NCBI GenBank assembly: GCA_020891255.1
Contig: BQFW01000011.1
Location: forward strand, 806,001-870,000
Reading direction: 5' to 3'
DNA length: 64,000 nucleotides
DNA from: Entomortierella parvispora E1425
Lineage: Eukaryota; Fungi; Mortierellomycota
Below the pieces are notes generated by a model. The model had not been told where the DNA came from. It saw nothing but the letters and a program-made list of their open reading frames with translations, and did not search any database. Of this stretch, positions 37,835-46,990 are shown piece after piece; the stretch's first letter is position 1; each line of letters opens with the position of its first letter. The translations under genes were made by a program, and so were the position numbers.

Positions 37835-39363
37835 ACAACGAAAAAAAAACTCTTGAGCTTGGATCGCGACGGACTTTTCGTCTTTGTTTTCTTTTTCCGC
37901 ACCTTCAAAATCGCGTGCAAAAAGAAACATCAATGACCCTCTGAAACCGGTAAGGAACTGTTGAATTCTTCCCTCTCCTCGCAGAGGAGACACAAAGGAC
38001 GCAAAGTCTGGAGGAATCGGATGGAACTCTCGCGTCTTTTTTTCTCTCGTTCTTTTCGTTTTACTTGTGTGTATTGGTTGGAGCCATTGTCACACGAGAA
38101 TTTTTTTTCTTGATCAGCAATGAGCATATGACACCCTCTTGGCTTGGATCGTGCCCGTTTGTGTTCAGTGTCCGCCATGGTTGGTTCGGCAACTTGTTGA
38201 CGGGTCCAAAACCATCCGTGACCAGCCCCAAAGGCGGCTGACACGGTCAATTTTTTTTTTTTTTATTGTTTTTCGTTTGTGAGCGAGGGATTGTCATACC
38301 TCCGAGTCGGCTCACAGGAACACAGAAAAAAAAACATTGTCCTTGACCAGGACGGGACCATTGTTTTTTTTCGTGTCCGCAGTCGAACCCAACCCTAGGA
38401 CCCTTCACCCTTTTCTCTCCCTTCCATGCCCCTTGTCCTCTTGCCCATGGATCGATCCCTGTTACACATTCCTCAATAATCTTGTCATCATTCGCCACGC
38501 GTCATGATTGCTCACTCTTTTTTTTCCCTCTATCCCCTTCTCCTAGGCGCTATCCCCCAAGTTTGCTCGCTAGTTGATTTTCCGTTGGACAAGCATTCAT
38601 TCACACACACACGTACAATCACATTTTGGCCCTCTTTTTTGTTCTTACTCTCCCACCCCCCAAAAAATATCGTTAACTAATACCTAATACAACAATAATC
38701 GATAATATCATTCTCTTACAACAGTTTTGATTTGTTTTTTTGCTCATATGTGGTTCCATGGTAACCTGACCCATGACATGGCGCAAAGCCCAACTGTGGC
38801 GGCAACGGAAAAAGAAAAAAAGAAACATTCTTTGCTGCTGGGTAATGTCCAAGATTTTTTTTTCTTTTTTTTTTTGCTCAATCTCAAACAATTGGGTGCC
38901 TCGCTTTTAGCGGGACCACAGTACAGTACCTGCCTGTGCGTAACCACAGTAGTTCCGTCCCTGCAAAAAAAGCAGAGCAATGCGCATGAATACTTTCTTC
39001 CAGTCCCCCTCCCCCACCCCTTTCTCTTGATTTTCATTGATTTTCTTTCCGGGTTCCGGGTCCTCCTCACCCCCCTCTTCTCTTCTCTTTTCTTCCTTCC
39101 AGCCACATTCAAAACTTAGCGTGAATATCCTGCAACATGCAGTGCCCAATGCGCCGCAACCGTGCAACAAAAGAGGCAAGTGCGCTTTGGCAGGCCAAAC
39201 ACTCGAGGTTGTAGTACTAACACGAGGTGACAAAGCGCAACGGCCCAATTCGGGTTTATACCCTTAAAAACATACCCTTAACTCTGTGTGAGAAATACAC
39301 CCTAAATACACCCTTAAGCGATCCTAGAAATTAGCTCATAGAGATCTGAGAAAATAACTTTCC

Positions 39364-39971
39364 TGTCGTGACTCTCGGTATCACGACTGATCCTTAGGGT
39401 GTGTCGAGCGTGTTCTTCTACACTGGGCACCACAGTCAGCTACCTTGACTGTAATCGAGATGGAAGGGCAAAGAAAGGATATGTTTAATAAGATATTCTG
39501 TGTGTTACTACTGATAGGGTTCTCAAGAGGGTTACCTGTAATCGAGATGGAAGGGCAAAGAAAGGATGCCGTTCTAAGTCTCGATACAGAGCTACTTATA
39601 TACTGAAGGTAGTGAAGTGAGACTATACTGCTGACACTATGGAAATAAATAGTGAAGGGCTTATGACTATTCTGGAATAGGGGCCCTAACGTCCGAGGTT
39701 TCAAAGAGCTTGGTCGACCGGCGTGGAGACAAGCTTTTGATTGGCAACGGTTGGTAGGTTAATGTCGGAGAAACATGAAATGCTCCGTTCGTGAATATAC
39801 ACGGTTGAGGGTAGTCGACCTGGTGATAGTCAACGACGATGACGCGCGGCACAAGTGCAATGAGGGCGCGCAACAAGGGTCCATTCATCAGGCGTGTCGG
39901 CGGTCAGGTGATCGTAAGTCATGTGATCAGACGCGGAGCTGGCGGGGATAAAAGCAGTCTGATTCACGACA
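39364..39971 (-). repeat. 3' LTR (608 bp)
   Basis: Direct repeat of 44898-45505 with no difference found by eye. 8-bp inverted termini. Internal 31-bp duplication at 39450-39480 and 39537-39567. Confidence 0.97.
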
Positions 39972-42900
39972 CTCCCCCCACAGGCTTCAGGCCGTCCTCG
40001 GCCTGCCTGCAACTGATTGACTCTGGGTTCGCGAGTACGTTGGCCACGGCGACGAGGCTTCGGGGCAGAAGCAGCAAGTGCCTGTCTGTACACGCGGGCA
40101 GCTTCAGCGGCGGAACCCATCATAGGCGGTTCGTAAGTGCCAAGTTGATCGCGACGGGCAAGGTAATCTTCATTGGCGGTTCTAAGAGCGAGGGCCTCCT
40201 CCACGCGCTGTTCCTCCTCAGTGCGGCTTTCAATTGGAAGACCATCGTCAGAGTTGTCGTTGGCTTGCTCCATGGTGTGCTTTGTCTTAGTGACCCAAGC
40301 ACGGCGTGCAGATGCTTCATCTGGCGGATAAGCACGCTTAAGACGGTCTTGGTGTACTAAGTCCGTCTTCAACTCACCATCTCCCCAGCGGAGCTGATAA
40401 GTCGACAAGGGCGTAATACGGATCACTTCCAGCGGGCCATAAAAATGGGGTTGAAGCTTCGTACGGCCGAAGTTCTTGACCAGGACAAAATCACCAACTG
40501 CGAACTTATGATCGGTGACCGTGTGTGTCTCTTCATGGTGTGCGGCCATATCATCTGCGGCGGTCTGCTGGGCCTGCAGGTGCTTTTCTCGGAGGGCGTC
40601 GATTTCTCGAAAAGTCTTGCGACGATGTTCTGCAAAATCGTCTTGATCTTGAAAATCAAACAAGAATGGGCGTACTGGATCTTGCGGCAAACGGGGTTCA
40701 AGTCCATAAACAAGTTGAAATGGGCTGACCTTGGTTCGCTGAGAGATGTGTACGCGACAAGCGAACAGACTCTGGTGCAGGTACTGATCCCAGCTGTGGA
40801 TGTGTGTACCCACATACTTGCTCAACATGTGTCCGATAACACCATTGAGACGCTCACACTTTCCATTCGACCTTGGATGGTAAGCAGACGTAGCCTTGTG
40901 TTTGATGTGCAGCTTCTCCAAATGGCGTTGAAGAACGTCAGACATGAAGTTGGCTCCTCGGTCGCTAACGATCTCGCTAGGGCAGCCAAACTGTAAGACG
41001 ATCTCTTCATAGAGAAAAGTAGCAACGGCGTCGGCGGTTGCTTCTGGCAAGGCTCTTGCGATCGGCCAGTTCGTGGCATGGTCGATTGCAGTAATGATCC
41101 AACGGTTTCCCTTCTTGGTGGCTGGCATGCGACCAATAAAATCAATTCCCCAGCGCTCAAACGGACGTGCTGGCGCCAATGGATGCAACGGTGCAACAGA
41201 GCGGTCACCACCGGGCTTGACCAATTGACACGGCTTGCATTCACGTACTACTGCTTTGATATCTGTTCGAAGACTGGGCCACCACATGCGAGTCTTGGCC
41301 AAATCAAACGTTCCAGACTCTCCAAGATGTCCAATGTCGGTGTGCAACTCAATGAGACGATCTGCGCGCTCTGCAAACGGAACGAAGGGAACTGCTCTTC
41401 CTTCAACCATGTAGCGCAATTCGTCGTCATCAGTCGTGAAGTTATGAGCCTCCTTGCGGACTCTCTTCTTGGTGTCTCCATCGGTATGGGGCGGAAAAGA
41501 ACCATCATCCAGAAATGCAGGGACAAGCAACGGCCAATCCCAAGTGTCGATGTGACGTCCTGCTGTCACATTGTTGATTTGCAATCTGGAAAGCGCATCT
41601 GCAGCGATGTTGGTGGCTCCTGCCTTATACTGGATCGACAGGTTGTAGGGGGCCAAAAATTCAACCCAACGGGTCATTCTCGGGCTCAGGTGTGGCTGGG
41701 TCAACAAAAATCGTAGACTTGCATGGTCAGTGTAGACCACGTTTTCGGGGGCGCCAAGAATAAACGTGCGCCATGCTCTGCATGCGTGAACAATGGCGAG
41801 GAGTTCCTTCTCATGGACCGGGTAGTTCTTCTCGGCTGGCTTAAGTTTTCGTGACTCATAGGCAACTGGGTGTCTTTTGCCTTCGTGCATCTGATAAAGG
41901 ACTCCTCCTGTGGCAATGTCGGATGCATCGGTTTCCATATAGTACGGCTCATCGGGGTGTCCAAGGCACAATACAGGGGTAGTCGCTAGAAGTTCTTTGA
42001 TTCCATCGAAAGCGGCTTGTTGAACTGGGCCCCAAGTAGGCACGGGTCGCAACTTTCCTTTGTTTGGGCCTGGACCAGTGGTCAACAAGTCTGTAAGACA
42101 AGCAGTGACTTCGGCATGGTGGAAAATATGACGGCGATGGTAGTTCACAAATCCAATGAATGAACGAAGCTCTTGTACGTTGGTTGGGGTGGGCCAGTTC
42201 TTGACAACTGCGACCTTGGCTGGATCCACTTGAATTCCATCGTAGGATATCACATGTCCGACGAAGGTGATGCTGGATAATCCAAACGCACATTTGCTCT
42301 GCTTGGCATGTAGGTGATGTTTTCGCAGCGTTGATAGCACTGTTCGGATGTGCTTCAAGTGTTCTTCGAAAGTCTTGGAGTAGATCAGGATGTCATCGAG
42401 GTAGACAACAACGAACTGATCCAACTCTTTACTGAAAATCGTATTCATGAAGGCTTGAAACGACGCGGGCGCGTTGGTAAGACCAAAAGCCATGACACAG
42501 TACTCGTAGTGTCCATAACGGGTAGAGAACGCTGTCTTGGGTCTGTCCTCTTCTGCAACTTGAAGTTGATGATATCCCTGCTGGAGATCCAACTTGCTGA
42601 AATAACGGGCTCCTCGCATGCGATCGAAAAATTCATCGGTGTGCGGGAGAAAATACTTGTTCTTGATCGTGACGGCGTTGAGTCCACGATAGTCGATACA
42701 CAGTCTCAATGTTCCATCTTTCTTCTTGACGAACAGGACTGGTGCGGCCCACGGCGACGTTGAGGGCTGGATGTACCCCAACCGTAACAGCTCATCCAAC
42801 TGTTCTTTGAGAGTCTTGAGCTCGAGGGGTGACATCTTATATATCTTCTTGACCACAGGACTTGTTACTCCAGTGGGGATTTGGTGATCGAAACCGGGAC

Positions 42901-44089
42901 GGGCTGGTGGCATCTCTGAGAGTGGAGCGAATACATCCTGCTGGTACTCCTTCACTATCTCATCGATTTGAGCTTGCTGTTCTACTGTCAGGTCCGGGTT
43001 GGTCATGAGCTCTTCTGCTCGGGTGTGTTCTGGAACGTGGGTTTTCATTAACCAAACGATTCCTGCTTCTTGTGTATCATCGGCGGCCATGGTGTGTAAG
43101 AACCGCTGTGCGTTCGTCTGCACATATGCAAGTTCAGGTACCTGTTCGTTCTGCAGAAGGGTACTGGCGGGCTGAGATCTGGCGATGGCTTCGTGTTTTC
43201 GGCCATTGACTTGCCAAGTCAATGAGTAGCGATCCCAATTGATTTGAGGTTTATAGCGGAACATCCATGGAAGTCCAATGAAAACATCGTGAGCTAGGTC
43301 GGGAACAACCGTGGCTGTGAAACGGCAGGTGTGTTCTCCAATAACAACTCGAAGGATGACTTCGCCTAGTGCCTTAGCACCTAGGTCTCCTGCATGGGCT
43401 GTTCGTACAGGGGTCGGCTCATAGATTCGTTTTTCATCGAGGATGGATTCCGGGGATTCTTCACGGATAACTTCGAGGGCACGAGAAGAAATAACGTTGA
43501 CGTTGGCGCCGTTATCAAAAAGGGCGTCGAATTGCCAACCGTCGACGTAGAGGGGTACGACCATCAATGGGCAAGTTTCGGGCTTGAAATCTTGTGGATC
43601 GATATGGGTCATGTTGATGTTCACGTTTGGGCGATTCCTTCGTTGTGGTCGTCCTTGGTTTTGTCCTCCTTGAGGGCAGTCGCGTTTGTAGTGTCCTCGC
43701 TGTCCACAGTTATAACAAGTTTGCGGCTTGGGGCATTCTGCGGCCTTGTGATTGTCTCCGCAATTGTGGCACTCGATGTTGAACACATCAACGTCCATAT
43801 CCATCGAAGATCGACGACCTTGACTTTGATTTTTGGTTTTGGGTGCTGTCTCGTCGATCTGGAGGGCGTGAAAACGGATGACCAGAGAAACTAACGCGTT
43901 TTCCAGTTGAAAAACCAGTAGTGGGGTTTCCAGTAATGTGAGAGGGACGAGGGGGCGGGGCTGTTGCAGCAGCGTGGTGTTGGAAAAGTCTTGGGGAACC
44001 AAAGCGTGATGGAGCAACAAAAGGGCGAGACGGCGGCGTTTGTCTGGCTTGGTTGATTCGGTTCTGCGCGGATTGGGAAATGATACCAA
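39830..44089 (-). CDS. Gag C-terminus (two CCHC zinc knuckles) fused to Pol: protease, RT, RNase H, integrase
   Basis: CHNCGDNHKAAEC and CYNCGQRGHYKRDC; LFDNGAN; LCIDYRGLN and YLDDILI; ETDASD; HTDIGH...CKPC, WGIDFIG, SDRG, NGKCER; GPY/F-like FYGPLEV. Confidence 0.95.
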   Translation of the reverse strand: MVSFPNPRRTESTKPDKRRRLALLLLHHALVPQDFSNTTLLQQPRPLVPLTLLETPLLVFQLENALVSLVIRFHALQIDETAPKTKNQSQGRRSSMDMDVDVFNIECHNCGDNHKAAECPKPQTCYNCGQRGHYKRDCPQGGQNQGRPQRRNRPNVNINMTHIDPQDFKPETCPLMVVPLYVDGWQFDALFDNGANVNVISSRALEVIREESPESILDEKRIYEPTPVRTAHAGDLGAKALGEVILRVVIGEHTCRFTATVVPDLAHDVFIGLPWMFRYKPQINWDRYSLTWQVNGRKHEAIARSQPASTLLQNEQVPELAYVQTNAQRFLHTMAADDTQEAGIVWLMKTHVPEHTRAEELMTNPDLTVEQQAQIDEIVKEYQQDVFAPLSEMPPARPGFDHQIPTGVTSPVVKKIYKMSPLELKTLKEQLDELLRLGYIQPSTSPWAAPVLFVKKKDGTLRLCIDYRGLNAVTIKNKYFLPHTDEFFDRMRGARYFSKLDLQQGYHQLQVAEEDRPKTAFSTRYGHYEYCVMAFGLTNAPASFQAFMNTIFSKELDQFVVVYLDDILIYSKTFEEHLKHIRTVLSTLRKHHLHAKQSKCAFGLSSITFVGHVISYDGIQVDPAKVAVVKNWPTPTNVQELRSFIGFVNYHRRHIFHHAEVTACLTDLLTTGPGPNKGKLRPVPTWGPVQQAAFDGIKELLATTPVLCLGHPDEPYYMETDASDIATGGVLYQMHEGKRHPVAYESRKLKPAEKNYPVHEKELLAIVHACRAWRTFILGAPENVVYTDHASLRFLLTQPHLSPRMTRWVEFLAPYNLSIQYKAGATNIAADALSRLQINNVTAGRHIDTWDWPLLVPAFLDDGSFPPHTDGDTKKRVRKEAHNFTTDDDELRYMVEGRAVPFVPFAERADRLIELHTDIGHLGESGTFDLAKTRMWWPSLRTDIKAVVRECKPCQLVKPGGDRSVAPLHPLAPARPFERWGIDFIGRMPATKKGNRWIITAIDHATNWPIARALPEATADAVATFLYEEIVLQFGCPSEIVSDRGANFMSDVLQRHLEKLHIKHKATSAYHPRSNGKCERLNGVIGHMLSKYVGTHIHSWDQYLHQSLFACRVHISQRTKVSPFQLVYGLEPRLPQDPVRPFLFDFQDQDDFAEHRRKTFREIDALREKHLQAQQTAADDMAAHHEETHTVTDHKFAVGDFVLVKNFGRTKLQPHFYGPLEVIRITPLSTYQLRWGDGELKTDLVHQDRLKRAYPPDEASARRAWVTKTKHTMEQANDNSDDGLPIESRTEEEQRVEEALALRTANEDYLARRDQLGTYEPPMMGSAAEAARVYRQALAASAPKPRRRGQRTREPRVNQLQAGRGRPEACGGSVVNQTAFIPASSASDHMTYDHLTADTPDEWTLVARPHCTCAARHRR
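39972..39979 (-). other. Polypurine tract
   Basis: GGGGGGAG directly abutting the 3' LTR on the element strand. Confidence 0.8.
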
Positions 44090-44712
44090 GGCTTGTGCTC
44101 ATCTCTGTTCGGATTTCACAGTGTTGGCGGACTTGTTGCCAGGTTTTGACTTGGTGCTCGATCAGAAATTTTCGCAAAAATTGTGGACTTCGGGTCTTGA
44201 AGACGTGTACTTTTTTCTCCTTCAGATACATTGGTACCAAGAGGCATCAAAGCAAACTGAAAACGGTGGAAGAAGGTGTTGGGGGTGTCTGTCTTTTCCC
44301 AGACAACACTATCGAGTTCGTTGCGAAGGGTCTCTTCCAAGTCTTCTGAGCTGAACTGACTTAAAAAGGCGGCTGAGAAAGTGTCCCACGTGGCATTGGT
44401 GTGGAGTGAGTTGTAATTCAGGCCCCAGACTCTTGCGTCACCTCGAAGCTTGGCAATCGCGGCTCTGGGCCATTTCGGTCTAGGAATCTCACTGATGTCT
44501 GCAATCAACTCTGTCTGTAGCAACCATGCTCGGGCCTCGTGGTGGGAGCAGGTGCCATTGAAAGTTTCATGATCCGAGGGCAAAAGGTTCTTTTTGGGAC
44601 GATCATTGTGGATCACAGGTTCGGGAACGGTGAAGGTGGAGGCGGCGTGATAGCTTGACGTGTTGGGTTCATCGTCAATATCGTCGTCGAAGTTGTGTTG
44701 ATGTTGATTCAT
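43788..44712 (-). CDS. Gag capsid region, split over frames by two apparent +1 shifts
   Basis: ORF 44712-44116 (ARAWL...AIAKLRGDARVW...TWDTFSAAFLSQF, capsid-like) continues in the 44240-43788 frame. Confidence 0.75.
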
Positions 44713-44748
44713 GATGTAAGGAAGTGGGTAGGGAAGGTGGTCGTCTTG

Positions 44749-44887
44749 AATGGCGTGGCGGTAGGACTACTACTGTCCTTTGAATGGGCGTGGCGGTAGG
44801 ACTACTACTGTCCTTTGGATGGGCGTGGCGGTAGGACTGCTACTGTCCTTTGGATGGGCGTGGCGGTAGGACTGCTACTGTCCTTTG
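44749..44887 (-). repeat. 4 x 35-bp tandem repeat in the retrotransposon leader between PBS and gag
   Basis: Unit (G/A)ATGGGCGTGGCGGTAGGACT(G/A)CTACTGTCCTTTG at 44749, 44783, 44818 and 44853; the first copy is 34 bp. Confidence 0.95.
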
Positions 44888-44893
44888 CTACCA
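44881..44893 (-). other. Primer-binding site, initiator tRNA-Met type
   Basis: TGGTAGCAAAGGA, 4 nt after the 5' LTR. TGGTAGC is complementary to the GCUACCA 3' end of tRNA-iMet. Confidence 0.75.
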
Positions 44894-44897
44894 AATT

Positions 44898-45505
44898 TGT
44901 CGTGACTCTCGGTATCACGACTGATCCTTAGGGTGTGTCGAGCGTGTTCTTCTACACTGGGCACCACAGTCAGCTACCTTGACTGTAATCGAGATGGAAG
45001 GGCAAAGAAAGGATATGTTTAATAAGATATTCTGTGTGTTACTACTGATAGGGTTCTCAAGAGGGTTACCTGTAATCGAGATGGAAGGGCAAAGAAAGGA
45101 TGCCGTTCTAAGTCTCGATACAGAGCTACTTATATACTGAAGGTAGTGAAGTGAGACTATACTGCTGACACTATGGAAATAAATAGTGAAGGGCTTATGA
45201 CTATTCTGGAATAGGGGCCCTAACGTCCGAGGTTTCAAAGAGCTTGGTCGACCGGCGTGGAGACAAGCTTTTGATTGGCAACGGTTGGTAGGTTAATGTC
45301 GGAGAAACATGAAATGCTCCGTTCGTGAATATACACGGTTGAGGGTAGTCGACCTGGTGATAGTCAACGACGATGACGCGCGGCACAAGTGCAATGAGGG
45401 CGCGCAACAAGGGTCCATTCATCAGGCGTGTCGGCGGTCAGGTGATCGTAAGTCATGTGATCAGACGCGGAGCTGGCGGGGATAAAAGCAGTCTGATTCA
45501 CGACA
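44898..45505 (-). repeat. 5' LTR (608 bp)
   Basis: Direct repeat of 39364-39971; the ORF track gives identical translations in both copies. Confidence 0.97.
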
Positions 45506-45520
45506 TTCCATGAATTGTAT

Positions 45521-45603
45521 GGAGAGATGGCCGAGTTGGTCTAAGGCGCCGCGTTAAGGCCGCGGTCTATTCGTAGGCGTGGGTTCAAATCCCACTCTCT
45601 TCA
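45521..45603 (+). tRNA. tRNA-Leu(AAG), intronless, long variable arm
   Basis: GGAGAGA/TCTCTTC acceptor stem, D-arm GCCGAGTTGGTCTAAGGC, anticodon arm CCGCG-TTAAGGC-CGCGG, T-arm GTGGG-TTCAAAT-CCCAC, discriminator A. Confidence 0.96.
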
Positions 45604-45610
45604 CAGATTC

Positions 45611-45615
45611 TTTTT
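45611..45615 (+). terminator. Pol III oligo-T terminator of tRNA-Leu
   Basis: T5 seven nt after the tRNA 3' end, followed by a second T5. Confidence 0.75.
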
Positions 45616-45806
45616 GTTTTTGCTCATCCGCCTCATTGATATGCACTGACAGTGCCTCTGGCCATTTTGGGTTTATCTATTTGACAACCCAGGTTGTTCG
45701 TTTTACCTGACAACCCACTCTATATTTGGTTAGTCTCGTTTTTTATTCGGCAACCCACCTGTCATTCCTCAATTGACAACCCAGGTTGCCAAACAAACGT
45801 TTATTT

Positions 45807-46990
45807 TTATGAGTGCTGTCTAGAATTGTGACCTTCCCCGCTGCACACTCCACACTTCGTTGATTTTTTTTTTGTCTCCATGCTGCTCTTTATCCGAGAA
45901 GTCCTCGGTCTGCCCTTCGTCTTTGTATAGTGAGGATCCTTCATACCTTCTTCGCCTGCCCCCCTCACAATGACACGGTTTAGGCCATCTTTAACTGTTT
46001 CGAATACTTCTGGATTGGAGTTCACGGTGTCCATGATATTCTTCATCAGGCCAGATATCTCTCCAATGCGGCGTTTTTTGGAAAGGTTGCGTTTATCAAC
46101 CCCCGACAGGGATGGCACTGAGGGGAAAACCTTCATGATATCGCTCATGAAAGAAGAAGCAGGCTCTCCCTCTGCACTCCCCACCTGAGCGACCGTCTTC
46201 TGCGTTTTTGCGCTCAAAAACGCCCCTGAGAGATCAAGATCTGTTAGGTCCTGCAGTTCTTCTTTAAACCACCGCATCGGAATAAGCCTGACATGATACT
46301 TGCATCTGTCACTAACTTGCATCAGATGGAAATAGTGTCGACATACAAATCCGCTGTTTTGGAGGAGGAGGCAGGTACAAATGTACGAGCCATCAGCCAG
46401 TAAAAGTATGTGCTGAAGTGACTTTCGCTCCGTGTCCAAGCGGAACGTCACGTCGAAGATTTGTACAATTCGATCAGAACCAACGATTGTCTGGATGGAC
46501 TGGAGAGAGCTCATTTCGCGATTGTCTTTTGACGATCTCTCAATCTAAGGACAAAGAGAAGAATAACGGCTTAGTACCTCTATCTGGTCTTAGGATTGCG
46601 CTTGGGTATTGGAATGATGTACAAGTACTTACTTCCTCGAAATCACCTCCTTCGATTGATCGTGGAGCACAGGCGTCTATACCTGTGTGTGGATTGGACT
46701 GATACAAAACAGAGCGCGACATCTCTAACTTCATCTGACTTTTTGCTGCGATGCCAAGATAGCGATTGTTTGCATCGATAACATCGGCAAACATTTGCTG
46801 AACAAACATCGACGTTGCGGGATCAACCGTTGTATCCGTCTTGTAGAGAATATACTTTGAAGTCTGGGCTTCATTTGATAGCTTCTTTTCAATTGCCTCG
46901 AACAGTGCTGGAAGGGACGTCTTGCCATTGACGGCCCTTTTGATGGCCGCATTCATACTCTCCACACGCTGAGTCGACTGTGGCTGTATT
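45807..46990 (-). pseudogene. FAR1/MULE-type transposase, C-terminal half only (one intron at about 46543-46628)
   Basis: STQRVESMNAAIK motif, SWIM finger YICTCLLLQNSGFVCRHYF, terminal KGRPR and CGVCSGEGHN knuckle. No recognisable upstream DDE region. Confidence 0.85.

Larger units (their letters stand above)
39364..45505 (-). mobile_element. Full-length Ty3/Gypsy LTR retrotransposon
   Basis: Two 608-bp LTRs (TGTCGTGA...TCACGACA), TTCC direct repeat on both flanks, PBS, PPT, gag and PR-RT-RH-IN order. Confidence 0.97.

Noticed and set aside
39359-39363. 5-bp TSD for the LTR element
   Set aside because: The flanks TTTCC and TTCCA agree at only 4 aligned bases (TTCC), so the TSD is called 4 bp.
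44749-44887. 35-bp repeats as a CRISPR array
   Set aside because: Units are head-to-tail with no unique spacers, inside a eukaryotic retrotransposon leader, with no cas genes.
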